Below, in pieces: positions 14,579-30,572 of a stretch of 64,000 bases of DNA. The stretch's first letter is position 1; every line of letters starts with the position of its first letter. A program made the position numbers and the translations under genes. Under the pieces are notes generated by a model, which was not told where the DNA came from, made no database searches, and saw only the letters and a program-made list of their open reading frames with translations. Source of the stretch: Eledone cirrhosa (lineage: Eukaryota); contig OZ024750.1 of NCBI GenBank assembly GCA_964016885.1, positions 20,646,001 through 20,710,000 on the forward strand. Direction: 5' to 3'.

Positions 14579-15496
14579 TCTTTTCATTCGAAGAACATAA
14601 AATTCTTGAATTTAAATTACGAACTAGCGCTATCCAAAACTGTTCCTGGGATGAGAGTGAATGATGTGGAATCAATTTTTTCAAGGGCCGAAGTAAAGAT
14701 AGAGGCAGAGGGAGGTAGGTCAAACCGGCCGCAACTATCACTAGCAGCAGTCGGAACGACCCAATTTGTCTCTCAACAATAGAGGAGAGTAGTAATAATA
14801 GGATATGTGTTCCTTCACGCACAAGGCGCTAAGGGACGCATGTATTGTCCAGCCAAATGCCAATGTGGTTCAATGGCAGGTTAATAAATTAACGAGCCAG
14901 AACATATATAAACAAGGTTTAGCAAATAATGAAAAAGTTTCAAAATAAATTCTAAAAAATTGACTTTACCTACTATAGTTACCTTTACCGATCGGTTTCG
15001 AATCCCAAAAATAAACGGAGACCATACGGCCTTCGTTGCAAAGAAAGATTCTCGTCAGAAGGTTCTTTTCATTCGAAGAACATAAAATTCTTGAATTTAA
15101 ATTACGAACTAGCGCTATCCAAAACTGTTCCTGGGAAACTGTTCATTATTTGCTAAACCTTGTTTATATATGTTCTGGCTCGTTAATTTATTAACCTGCC
15201 ATTGAACCACATTGGCATTTGGCTGGACAATACATGCGTCCCTTAGCGCCTTGTGCGTGAAGGAACACATATCCTATTATTACTACTCTCCTCTATTGTT
15301 GAGAGACAAATTGGGTCGTTCCGACTGCTGCTAGTGATAGTTGCGGCCGGTTTGACCTACCTCCCTCTGCCTCTATCTTTACTTCGGCCCTTGAAAAAAT
15401 TGATTCCACATCATTCACTCTCATCCCAGGAACAGTTTTGGATAGCGCTAGTTCGTAATTTAAATTCAAGAATTTTATGTTCTTCGAATGAAAAGA

Positions 15497-15579
15497 ACCT
15501 TCTGACGAGAATCTTTCTTTGCAACGAAGGCCGTATGGTCTCCGTTTATTTTTGGGATTCGAAACCGATCGGTAAAGGT
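15497..15579 (+). ncRNA. Type I hammerhead ribozyme of the 485-bp unit (also 15982-16064 and 16467-16549)
   Basis: Stem I ACCTT/AAGGT, CTGACGA 15502-15508, stem II GAATC...GATTC enclosing a ~42-nt insert, GAAA 15561-15564, palindromic stem III ACCGATCGGT, GUA triplet. Confidence 0.9.
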
Positions 15580-16732
15580 AACTATAGTAGGTAAAGTCAA
15601 TTTTTTAGAATTTATTTTGAAACTTTTTCATTATTTGCTAAACCTTGTTTATATATGTTCTGGCTCGTTAATTTATTAACCTGCCATTGAACCACATTGG
15701 CATTTGGCTGGACAATACATGCGTCCCTTAGCGCCTTGTGCGTGAAGGAACACATATCCTATTATTACTACTCTCCTCTATTGTTGAGAGACAAATTGGG
15801 TCGTTCCGACTGCTGCTAGTGATAGTTGCGGCCGGTTTGACCTACCTCCCTCTGCCTCTATCTTTACTTCGGCCCTTGAAAAAATTGATTCCACATCATT
15901 CACTCTCATCCCAGGAACAGTTTTGGATAGCGCTAGTTCGTAATTTAAATTCAAGAATTTTATGTTCTTCGAATGAAAAGAACCTTCTGACGAGAATCTT
16001 TCTTTGCAACGAAGGCCGTATGGTCTCCGTTTATTTTTGGGATTCGAAACCGATCGGTAAAGGTAACTATAGTAGGTAAAGTCAATTTTTTAGAATTTAT
16101 TTTGAAACTTTTTCATTATTTGCTAAACCTTGTTTATATATGTTCTGGCTCGTTAATTTATTAACCTGCCATTGAACCACATTGGCATTTGGCTGGACAA
16201 TACATGCGTCCCTTAGCGCCTTGTGCGTGAAGGAACACATATCCTATTATTACTACTCTCCTCTATTGTTGAGAGACAAATTGGGTCGTTCCGACTGCTG
16301 CTAGTGATAGTTGCGGCCGGTTTGACCTACCTCCCTCTGCCTCTATCTTTACTTCGGCCCTTGAAAAAATTGATTCCACATCATTCACTCTCATCCCAGG
16401 AACAGTTTTGGATAGCGCTAGTTCGTAATTTAAATTCAAGAATTTTATGTTCTTCGAATGAAAAGAACCTTCTGACGAGAATCTTTCTTTGCAACGAAGG
16501 CCGTATGGTCTCCGTTTATTTTTGGGATTCGAAACCGATCGGTAAAGGTAACTATAGTAGGTAAAGTCAATTTTTTAGAATTTATTTTGAAACTTTTTCA
16601 TTATTTGCTAAACCTTGTTTATATATGTTCTGGCTCGTTAATTTATTAACCTGCCATTGAACCACATTGGCATTTGGCTGGACAATACATGCGTCCCTTA
16701 GCGCCTTGTGCGTGAAGGAACACATATCCTAT

Positions 16733-16766
<34 letters not shown>

Positions 16767-16767
16767 G

Positions 16768-16867
16768 TAATAATAATAAATTTGAAGACTAAAATCCAAA
16801 GAGGGCTCGATAAGGATAAAAGGGTGAAAGCAGCGATTCTTTGCTCAAACTTTCATCTGTTATTTTA

Positions 16868-16872
<5 letters not shown>
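16768..16872. mobile_element. Internally deleted fragment of family H (see 39124-39352)
   Basis: CTAAAATCC...GGCTCG..AAGGATAA joined directly to AAGGGTGAA.GCAGCGATTC.TTGCT...ATCTGTTATTTTAA. Confidence 0.55.
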
Positions 16873-16910
<38 letters not shown>

Positions 16911-17582
16911 TAGAAGGTGTCCCAAAAGATGCATACACACTATATCCTGTGATTCTTTCCTGAGCCATTCTACCCACGTACCCATAACATCGGAATTGTG
17001 AACTCTTAATTTAGAGAGGTAAATATTCTACCTGGTGTGACTTTCTGAACTCCGATCTCCGCTTTCTATCGAATAACAATGCTCTAAATACCTTTCTGAG
17101 GAAACCCATTTTGATATTCACGTTCGTATTGTTTTGGTTTTTTACCCAAGATTCCTGACCATTTGTAAGGGTTGGCACGAAAACCTAATTGAAGACAGTG
17201 AGTTTGGCTTCTACTACTACTTCCCACATATTGATTTACGAATGCTGAGCCTGATGCATTACTGAATTAGGTGATACTTTCGATGTTGTCTTATCACATG
17301 ATGAGTCCCAGTTTATCAATTTATAGTTAAAAACGTGAAAGAACGTGAAAGAACGAAGACACTCCAAGTTGTACTTTACAAATATAGCGATGTGAGCCAC
17401 AATTTGTGCATAAAACTGAAAGAAATTCCCAACACCAATTAAATGGTAGATTCAAGTCGGCATAGCCGCACATTTCTCCAGCTCTTTACTTCTGAAAATC
17501 ATGATAATTGCGGAGCCAGTCAAGGCAATTTATCGTAAATAAACCTTCGTAAAGACTCAAATTGCATTTTCAACATCTTTTT

Positions 17583-17617
<35 letters not shown>

Positions 17618-20097
17618 GGGGGGGGGGGGTATGTGTGTGTGTGTGTGTATTTCTGTCTGCGTGTCTGTATGCTTGAAATAGTGGCTTGATAAAAGTTAAT
17701 CGTAGAAAATGTATGTACCACATTTCAAAAGGTAATTACAGGTAACGAGTTTATTGTGCTGCCCAAAATTCACCACGATCGCTGAATCCAGAAAATATAA
17801 GAGTAGAAGGATATAGATATAGTGAACTACTCAGTGATGCAGTCAGTAATAGTGTATTATTTTCTAAACTAAACTAGCCCACATCTGCTTATATGTTTCG
17901 AAAGGAAGTTTCTTGGCAATCGGTCCAAAATATTTAACCAACATTTGACGACATGCTATACCGAGTTACTCTGTTTTGATACTCTGAGATTCTTGGTTAC
18001 TAACTGTTCACGCCCAATTGATTTCATGTCATGTCGTAACGCATTTCCACAATTATTTTCGTTATGCCTAATTCCAAAATAAAACCTTACCCTAATAAAC
18101 TTATTCTATTTATGCCGTCTTTTGGGATAAATAAAATGAAAAACACCAAGTTACAACCTTTGATAATGTAATGGTTTTTAGATGTATGACTAAGCTAGTG
18201 CACAACATATTATAAGTTTAGACACTAAATATCTTGGGAATTGATACAAAACATTGTTGGCAATGAGATCCCCTTTATCGAACATTTGACGAGACAGTGT
18301 ACTATCGATCCAGCCATCTGCACATTCTTTAGTCGGTTGTAACCATCCCATACAAATTAGATTTTTAATATTGTTGCAAATAAATATGTTAACTAATTAT
18401 GCTTTCTGTTGAAGAGAATAAGCAATAATTGCGAAGATTCTACTGTAATGTCTATGAGGAATTTTGTCTTAATGATCATAGGGAAAACGGAAACGATGTT
18501 AAATAATGTATTTTGATTAATGGCAATCTAACATAATAAAACGAAGCTACTAAGAGGACGTGTATGTTTAATATTTTATTTATATATTTATGTATTTATA
18601 TATTTGTTATTTTTCTTTCGTTTTGAATGCGAATGTAATTAAATCTATCTGTGTGTTTCTTCTGCGAAATCCCATTACTAATGTCATTATCCTATAGTAC
18701 ATTCGCCATTTTTTTCTTCAAATTCAATTGTAGATTCTTGTAAGAGGATGAGGACAACAAAAGATGATAAGAGAGGCGAAAGAGATAGAAATAAAATACA
18801 ACAGAAATTATGTATATGTATAAAGAAACCAGGAGGAATATAAATTTAAGGTGGTGGGTGGCATTAAATGGGTGTTGGTTGTGATGGGGTAAACAAAATG
18901 TCCTATAAAATGACAGGAATTATTTTATTGACAAATATTTATCGTTGATATTATTATATCGAATCCTATTCCGAGAAGTTGGTGAGTAAAATATCGGCAG
19001 TTTAAAATATTCTGTCAAAAAATAAGTAGATATTCTACTCAAATATTGAGTTCTCTTTACGAGCGTGCAAACATCTTTAGGATAATTACTTCTGAAGACT
19101 GGATTCTAAGGAATTTTTTCATGTAAATATAGCGTTCCTTGTTTTATAATATAAACATCTTATTTCCAACAAAAGGATTCATAATTAGATTTTCGAAGCT
19201 CTCATTGTATGACTTCGAAATTTATTCACTGGATATTTCAGTAATTGCACCAGCAAACAATAGAAGCTCTGCATAAGGAATTCTTCAATAAAAGAATTAC
19301 AGCTGTAGATATTAATGTCTTTGGAGTGCATATGCCATTCCCCCGGTTCTATTAAAACATTAAAAGCTTATTCCAATTCATATGCATTACATTTTGGAAA
19401 ATGATTGCCATGTTGTGAATAATAAACACAGTGGTTTCTTTGCTTGGTGCTTTTCCTCTGCGTGATTGACTGATATCTGAGTAAGAACACTCACACTAAC
19501 TTTTAATAATCTAAACAATTAAAGATCATCTATTGTGTTCAACGATGATCTTATTTTTCTGTCAAACGAATGGACAATTCTACTCGTTAAATTAGCATGC
19601 TAGTGCATGAGTGTTTTACAGACATATGTAACCTTATTATAAGTCCCAGGCAATATATAAGTGTCGCTGTGGTCGCAAGGCTGGACATTGAATTAGAGGT
19701 GGGCTTCCATGAATTTTCTGTCTACTCAATTTTACTGAGGAGTTAATGTAAATGAAATATAACTTACGCAAAATGCCAAACTGATCGAACTGGAAACATC
19801 ATACTCGTTGGGTGAACTTCTTAACAATTCAGACAAGCCTTCTTCTGCTTTCTACAAAATTAGAATATTTTAGATTCGACCTATTTGCTACCTTTATTAT
19901 GAACCAATAAGTAAACTTCTAACGTCTATGTCATTCAATTTACTTTATTAGGTACTAAACATTCCTCATATTACCTCATACCATTTTATATATGCTTCCT
20001 TAATTTCTAAAACGGTAGGACGTGATATGAGGAAAGTGTAGTACGTTATAAAGTAAATTGAATGGCATAGTCAATACATGAATGAATTATAATATAA

Positions 20098-20283
20098 GAA
20101 TTGGCAGTATCGGTAGAAGGTCGGACTCCATGCTTTGCAGTATAGAGTTACGGCCCTTTACGGGCTGAGTTCAAATCCCGCTGAGGTTAACTTTGCCTTT
20201 CATCGTTATGGGGTCGATAAAATAAAGTACCACTAATGCACTGGGATAGTTGGTGGCCTTGTGCCAAAATTAGTAAGAATTAT
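20098..20283 (+). mobile_element. tRNA-derived SINE (MetaSINE-like core CTTTGCCTTTCATCC..GGGGTCGATAAAATAAAGTACCA)
   Basis: A-box-like TGGCAG, B-box GAGTTCAAATCC, conserved core and 3' GGCCTTGTGCC tail; many dispersed copies in this window. Confidence 0.8.
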
Positions 20284-21008
20284 AATATAAACTCGTACAA
20301 ACAGATTTCAGACAGAGATGATGAATAAAACGAAAAGACATGGTAATAGTGTAAATAATAGAATTACATATTTGTGTAAAAGTTGATTCCCTGTAAAAGT
20401 CGACTCATTATTTTTTGCCAGATATAATAGAACTTTCCACAATCATGCGCACAGTGTGAACCCACTAAATCGAAAAAAAGAGCAAAAAAAACAACAGCAC
20501 AACACAATTTAAGGAATATGTTAACTTGCACGAAATGATTACTACAAGTAGATTAAATTTGTATGCAACTATGTTGTAATTTGATGGGGTATTTCAATGC
20601 TACACCTTCCCGATAAAATATATGCCACGTGTTTGGCAAAGAGCTGTAGGAATATTATCGACTGAAAATTAGCTAAACAACAATAAGGAGTTTGCGCCTG
20701 ATGTAACTCAGCCGGCTAAATATTCATTCCGTGGCATGTTTTCGTAAAATCATGATAAGGTTATTCCATATCAAATCACCCAGTTTCAGAAAAATTTCCC
20801 ACGTCATCCCCTCAGATCTCGCTGAAAAAAATATTCATACTAGCTCCTGTACTTATTTATTTATTTTTGTGTGGGTTTGAGGATCGTATTCGTAACATTT
20901 GTTGACGTAACTACTTCGCTGTGACAATATTGAAGCTTCTATATATGTTAAGTTTTAGTATTTATCTAGTGATTGTGATATTGATGTTTAGGTCTGTATT
21001 GACAATGT

Positions 21009-21275
21009 CTAGGATAATTTGTGTTTGGTATTGATTCCTGATATGTTCTCATTAATTTGTCTCTCTGCGAGAACATTCCTTTGATCAATAGGAAGATCTT
21101 CAATTGATTTTAATTCTTTACCAATTCTTACATTTAAATTACCGTCGTTTTCAATATATTCCTCTTTAGATATGTCATAGATTTTTCGTACCTTCAATTG
21201 TCTTCGCAATGTATTCATCGATATTACATGTGTATACTGGGAATATATACATATAATATGCATATTGCTTTTCAC
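21009..21275 (-). pseudogene. Possible degraded LINE apurinic-endonuclease fragment
   Basis: DGNLNVRIG...INEN resembles the GDFNARVG...NENG segment of LINE APE domains; weak. Confidence 0.3.
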
Positions 21276-21475
21276 ACTGCTGGTGAACTACCTTGAAAAG
21301 TCGATCATATCGATCTCAATAATTCTTACTTCACGTCTAGTGCATAATCTAGCGATCCAGTTTCGTAAATTCACTAGGTTACTGGACATAAATCGTGTAT
21401 ACATTTATGGATGAACACACACACTTACACACACACACGCACATATATACACACACACATACACAGAGACACCCA

Positions 21476-22749
<1,274 letters not shown>

Positions 22750-23244
22750 AGAGAAAGAGAGAGATGGAAAAGAATGAAACGAAATTTCATTTCTCACTCT
22801 TAGTACGGCTGATACCTAAATATAAGTATGTATACGTACATACATATATGTGTATAGACGCACAGTAGTATGTATATATATACATACATGCACACATATA
22901 TATATATATATATGTACGTATGGGTTTAGCGAACATTTATTATAATGTTCGGTTTGTTTGTAAACAAATAGCCCGAATTACACCGTACAGTGCTCTGCAA
23001 CCATCGTCGCCCTTTTGTTCAACACTGACACAGGAACGATATACTAGTTTCAAGATTATTAGCTATCGTCAGCATCGTATACCTTTCTGTCAGATGAATG
23101 AACGTCTGAAAGTATATACTTTCCCTATGCATATTAACGGCTGAGCAGTTTTCTTTATTCTTAAAGTATTATACTCTGCTCAGCGTGAACATCGAGTGCT
23201 CAACCGGCATACCGCCTACGGACGCATGTTTCATGCAACCATAC

Positions 23245-23323
<79 letters not shown>

Positions 23324-23327
<4 letters not shown>

Positions 23328-23509
23328 GAAGGAAGTGTTGTAAGTAACCAGATGGACCATACCGCACCAGAGTACTCAATATTTAGGGTAGTAGAGTGGG
23401 TAATAGGAAAATGTTCAAGACCCCGATGGCCGAGCTCAGGCCGTTTCGACAGCTATTTCTGGACTCAAATAGCTGTCGAAACGGCTTGAGCTCTTTAACA
23501 TTTTCCTAT
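23324..23509. mobile_element. Short fold-back element, family D
   Basis: Shares the tail AACG.AGGAA.TG.TG.TAAG.AACCAG.TGGACCATA.CGCACCA.AGTACTCAATA with 26904-27097, 48633-48714 (rc) and 56372-56510. Confidence 0.75.
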
Positions 23510-23543
23510 ATATATATTTTTATATATATATATATATATTTCG

Positions 23544-23586
<43 letters not shown>

Positions 23587-23734
23587 GGGCTCCTGCATTT
23601 TCTATCTACTACTTCCCCTCACAATAAATTGGTGAGTCCAAAGTTTTTGTAAAAGACACTTGGCCAAGGTGGCATGCTCTCTTCCTAAATCCAGAAACAT
23701 ACGGATGCCGAGAAAATACCTTAACCATGTATCC

Positions 23735-23985
23735 GGAGGCTGCGTTGTGTCCTTGAGCAAGACACTTTATTTTTACGTTGTTCCATTTTCCTCAGCTGTA
23801 GAAATGGGATGCGACGTCAGAGGTTTCAAGCCATATCAGCCATTGCCTTTCTCTTGGACAACATCAGTGTCGTGGAGAGGGGAGACCGGTATGCATGGGC
23901 GACTGTTGGTCTTCCACAAACAGCCTTGTCCGGACTTGCAAATTCCCATGGTCACCTACAGAGTTATTTTCCCTTTGCAATTTTA
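23735..23985 (+). mobile_element. SINE (GTGTCCTTGAGCAAGACACTTTATTT core with a LINE-like 3' part)
   Basis: Core typical of CORE/V-type SINEs; partial copies at 14150 and 43800. Confidence 0.55.
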
Positions 23986-24361
23986 TATCCAAGATGTGGT
24001 TTCTATTTCTGTTTACAAAGAACAAAGACCAGGTAATTTTTAAATTGTAATGTCCAATATTTACACTATAGTGAACAGGTAAATTTATACTTTCGTAATT
24101 TGTTTATACAGCTTACTTGAGTATAAATAAAATCTTTGTCTGTTCTGTTAATATCTTTCTACCCGTTATGTCGTGTTGTTTTCAGTATTTCTCTAAATGT
24201 AAATTGACACGTCTAGTTTCATTACTTTATGTTTCCCGGTGGGATTATATAGATAACATGATGCATATTCATTATGTTTATTACATTAATAATGTACTTT
24301 TTCGATTAGTGCTGATAAAACTAGAATCGATACATGATCAAGTGTAAAATATTTGCATTAT

Positions 24362-24555
24362 GAAGGCGGTGGATTGGCACTATCGGTGGAGAGTCGGACG
24401 CCATGCTTTCCAGCATAATTACGTCCCTCTACGATCTGAGTTCAAATCCCGCCGAGGTTGACTTTGCCTTTCATCCTTACGGGGTCGATAAAAATAAAGT
24501 ACCAGTAATGAACTGGGTAATTGCTGGCCTTGTGCCTAAAGTAGAAACAATTATG
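24362..24555 (+). mobile_element. tRNA-derived SINE (MetaSINE-like)
   Basis: Full head, B-box, core and tail, similar to 20098-20283. Confidence 0.8.
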
Positions 24556-24877
24556 AAGGTGAAGGTCAGGAGAGAATTGTGAACTGCCCACATCTCAAAG
24601 TGCATTTGCTAAAAGGTGAGGACATGTTTCAAGAATGACCCGTGTGAATGTGCCTACTCTGATTATACGACTGCTGGCTGGTTGATTTGGGAGGAGAGTA
24701 ATGCCCTTCCCGGATGCTCTCGAAGAATTGTGCGGTTCAGGATTGGTGGGATAACTGTGTCACTCCTGCGTGGTTCTTTTTACCTATTGGCGAATTTCTA
24801 TTGTTGTGATTTTATTGTTAATTTGTTATTTTTATTATTGATTTATACTTGATTACTAGCCCCTATTTGCCCATGCC

Positions 24878-25240
24878 GATGGATTGGCAGTATCGATAGG
24901 TGGTTGCACGCGATGCTTTGCGGCATAAAGTCACGGCCCTGTCTCATCTGAGTTCAAATTTCATCGAGGTTGACTTTGTCTTTCATCCTTACAGGGTCTA
25001 GAAAATAAAGTGCCAGTCACGCACTGGAGTCGATTTAATCGATTTTCCCCTCACCTTAAATTGCTGGCCTTGTGCCTATATAAGAAACCATTTTGAGTTC
25101 AAATCCCGCCGAGGTTAACCTTGCTTTTCATCCTTACGGGGTCGATAAAATAAAGTTTTAGCACAAGGCCAGCAATTATCGCAGTAATGCACTGGGATAA
25201 TTGGTGGCCTTGTGTCCAAACTAGAAGCAATTATTATTAT
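24878..25240 (+). mobile_element. Two tandem SINE copies (MetaSINE-like)
   Basis: B-boxes at ~24950 and ~25095, cores and GGCCTTGTG tails; followed by (TAG)n. Confidence 0.75.
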
Positions 25241-25271
25241 TAGTAGTAGTAGTAGTAGTAGCAGCAGCAGC

Positions 25272-25318
<47 letters not shown>

Positions 25319-25328
25319 CGTAAGCGGC

Positions 25329-25370
<42 letters not shown>
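25241..25370. repeat. (TAG)n/(CAG)n microsatellite
   Basis: Direct reading; expanded SINE tail. Confidence 0.9.
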
Positions 25371-25371
<1 letters not shown>

Positions 25372-26039
25372 TCACTGCTAGTAAAGGGGAATTTGCTTGT
25401 ATAATTGACTATGCCAATGGTTAAGCGTAAAGTATGAATTTGCCAAATATCAATTTATTCTGCGTAATTTGACGAGGAATTTTTCTAAAAATACAGTCAG
25501 CATTTCTCTGGCATAATTAACTGATTCTTTGAACATAATAATCACTCATTAATAATGATTCATCTCGATATTGACACGAGGGTACGAGTTTCTAGGTGAA
25601 ATAATTATCGATTAAATCGACTGCACTTTATGAATGGTGCTCGGCTAATCGGCTACAGAGTAATGTAAAATTTAATTCTATTTGGACTTTACTTGAGAAT
25701 GTGGTGTCAATTGTAAATAGTTAAATAAATAACATTATATGGCACTTATTCTAGAATGACTATCCTCTTTCACACGTCTCTGACATAAACAATTGGAATA
25801 TCTTTGTGTAATAAATGTAATCAGTGTGGAATGTATATCATTATAACTGTGCATCCTTTTAGACAGTTTGTGTCTCGAGCCATACGTACATATAAGAAGG
25901 ATATACATTTATATATCTAGGATTCATAAAAGGGAAACACATAGAAAAAATGGAAGTGATAGCGTTAACATTTCTAAAATATTCTTAGCCAAATATGTTG
26001 TCTTACAATTTGACGAATAGTAATTACACAGTCCATCAT

Positions 26040-26653
<614 letters not shown>

Positions 26654-26800
26654 TATAGAGTAAAGCATGTCCATGTGGACGTGCTTTACTCTATAGTATT
26701 TCGCTCTGATTAATTTATTAATTCTCCATTGAGCCTCATCCTGAAAAGTTGCAAAAACACATATATATCTGTGACTTTGTTTAATTGTTGTATGTGTAAA

Positions 26801-27097
<297 letters not shown>

Positions 27098-27098
27098 A

Positions 27099-27148
<50 letters not shown>

Positions 27149-27341
27149 TATTGTTTAGCTCTGGGTTTTTTAACTATAGAGCGCTTGCCACCATTATTTC
27201 TGAATTTTGCGTTTCGTTTCGCTTTTTACTACCCGCCGAAATGCGATTCTCGCTGAATTTATATTTATATATATATATATAAATGGTTGTTTTGGAAGCC
27301 CCAACAATGCAGATGGGTAGCTCTCGGGGTAATAGAATCAG

Positions 27342-27415
<74 letters not shown>

Positions 27416-29889
27416 TAAGAGGAAATGAAGAATGAGGCGTAGATGGTATAGAGGAACGTAGGAAAAGTGTGAAAATAATAACACATGACAGAGTTACCTT
27501 GGAAGTGTTAATTGTACCTATATCTTGGGTTTGGCATCCATCAACTGGAGGTTTTCCGAGGGGAAAAAGCTTTTTCCCGGAGAGGGACACACGTGGCCTC
27601 TGTTGTTTGCCGTGTGCGTAAAACACCTTTTTCCTTATACATATTTCCATCATTAATGCTCAATTTCTATATTTTTGTCAAATGTATGCATTTCACAATC
27701 AATATCTTTCCTCCTTGGTTCTTTTGTCGTCTAGTCAATTCCAACTTGTTAGCTTTCATCACTTGAAACCTGGAAATATTCAGTCTAGTTCCATTTCAAC
27801 GAATTTACTAAGTTAACAATGTCATTTAATTTATATCGTGTTTGTATCCATCTTAATTCTTTGACTTTTCTTACGGTCTTACCACGTTTTTCTAAGTATT
27901 TGTGACCATATTTCTTTTACTTAACTTGATTGTTAGCTGTTTATCAGTTTTCATGTTTCTGAATCATAAATGTATTTTCTGAATGATTCATTGGTTGTAA
28001 CCAATTCTTAATAAGAAAAGCTTGCGTTTGAAAAAGAAAAAAACAAAAAAAAAACACACTTCAAAATGTTCACACCTTCGGCATGATAAAACAAAAATAT
28101 TCGATAAACATGTTTATCGCTAGCTTGCATTTCTAAGATTTTTTATATCCTTCTATTTATGGATTAAAACGAAAAAATCTTCCAGGTTATTACAAGCCCT
28201 TACCATAAATAAAAAACATTCATTTTCTTTAGCTTGTTTTCTTTTTTTCTGTGCGATGAAGGTAAGAATTATATCACACTCTTTGTTGATCAATTTTACG
28301 TCGGCAGACTTCACATCTCGTCGTAAATCGTATAATGTATTTATCCGAAACGGTTCTTTATAATAATACCTTTTTATGGTAAAATATGGTTTTGTGTTAA
28401 ATTTGGCAGGTGTGGGACATTAGGATACATGTAAATAAACAGAATCACTCACATGCGCACTAATGTACAGACTACATTCACGAAGATACACATAAATAGA
28501 CACTTAAATCCAAACACACACATGTAACGCTTAGTCTTACAACCATACAAGTATATTAAATCATAATAGATTTTATGTAGTTATCGTGTTTTCCATCACA
28601 GTGAAGTATGATGTACGTGTAAATCTATAATTGTTTCTACTATTGGCACATCATTATACTTCGCTGTGATATGTAGAAAAACACATTCGAAACCAAGTTG
28701 AGCAGGTTTAATTTAAGTAGTTCGTTAGATATTTTGTCAGGTTTCTTGTTTCTGAACCATAACATATTATTTTAATGACACATTAGTTGTAAATGTGATG
28801 TAAAAAATCGCCTTGACTGTCAAAAAAAAAAAAAAAACGTTTTACAAGACTAATTCACGCCTACGGTATCTTAAAAAGACAATATGCAATTTTCTTTGCT
28901 TGGTTGCTATCTGTCTTTTTGATGAAGTTAATTATTATATCGCTTTCTTTTTTGAGAATTTTTACCTCAACAGGTTTCATGCTATAATCTAAATCGTAAT
29001 GGCTCATGTCTTGTAATTTTTGTTTATCTGAAATGTATGTATAATATAATAACTTCACACGGTAAATATACAGTTTTATGTCGCATTTGGCAGACGAGAT
29101 ATTAGGTAAATATACACATACATAGACACAAACATGTACAGGCGCAAACATATATAAAATCAAATACATATATGGAGATACAAATATATAGATACTTACA
29201 CATACACACACATATACATACACACAAACACACATACACACACTCACACACACAAACATACACAAACGCACACACACACACACACACTCAGACGACTATC
29301 AACCAAACATAAAACATACAAATAAGTTAAAATATAATAACTATTATTTAGTCAGTACATATTCCATAACAGTTACCTAGGGCATATGTGTAAAATTATA
29401 TTTACTACTGATATAGGCAGAAAAGCTCATACGCCCAAAACACATAGATTACAAAAACATCTATACAAACATAGAGATTAGCTGAAGACACAGTTATTTT
29501 ATGTAGCGTTTGTTCCGTCAAGATGAATTATAGTGTATGAGTTAGGTTATTTATAATAAGGAGATAGGTACAAAGACAAATATACACACACAAACACAGC
29601 ATAAAAATAAACTTATAACAATATAAATAAATTTAAGTCACAGAAGCTATTACATAATCAGCGCCTCTTCCATCACATTGAAGTTTGATGTATGTGTTGC
29701 GTTGTAAAATATTATAATTTCATTAAATTACGCATTACATAGATATTAACAAAAGGGAAAACATATCCGGAAAGCAATTTGTAAAACAAACAAACACATC
29801 ATATTCTGTAGCAATATGTTAAAATTATACGCAAAATGCAAAGAAAAACATGGTCATTTGACGTGCATAATGACTGTCTTTCACTTCCC

Positions 29890-29920
<31 letters not shown>

Positions 29921-30077
29921 CCCGATTTGTGCATATATGAGTGTGTCTGTACACACTCCCAGCCCACTCATACACAACTTAACTACATACACACGCACAG
30001 ATACACACATACATATATACCCACGTACACACATACTCGGACTCATACGCAGACACATAATTGTATATACAGGCATA

Positions 30078-30128
<51 letters not shown>

Positions 30129-30144
30129 TATATAAATATATATA

Positions 30145-30202
<58 letters not shown>

Positions 30203-30233
30203 TATATAAATATATATATACTATATAAATATA

Positions 30234-30280
<47 letters not shown>

Positions 30281-30372
30281 CTATATAAATATATACTATA
30301 TATATATATATATATATACTATATAAATATATTATATATATATTTATTTATATATATATATATACTATATAA

Positions 30373-30473
<101 letters not shown>

Positions 30474-30517
30474 AAGTTAAATAAAAGTCAAATGATTAAA
30501 ATTTAGCTTCGTTTATT

Positions 30518-30572
30518 ACTGCTATATATATTTCAGTGACAGCCATCTTTGGCTGTGACCTCTTCAGGCAGT
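30518..30572 (-). ncRNA. Type I hammerhead ribozyme in the PLE 3' UTR/pLTR
   Basis: Reverse complement of 36772-36826. Confidence 0.85.

Larger units (their letters stand above)
14421..16733. mobile_element. Retrozyme-like array of a 485-bp hammerhead-containing unit (~1.5 copies on -, ~3.3 copies on +)
   Basis: Period 485 (15253/15738/16223); inversion junction ~15135-15145; copies look identical; (TA)n on both ends; one hammerhead per unit. Confidence 0.9.

Noticed and set aside
15253-15594. 113-aa ORF repeated in each 485-bp unit
   Set aside because: GTG start, no recognisable domain and it overlaps the ribozyme; identity between copies reflects DNA repetition, not selection.
14421-16733. 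CRISPR array or plain satellite
   Set aside because: No short repeat/unique spacer pattern; eukaryotic context; ribozyme, inversion and TA junction fit a retrozyme-like element better.
25115-25424. Poly-Ser / poly-Leu ORFs
   Set aside because: Translation of the (TAG)n tract.
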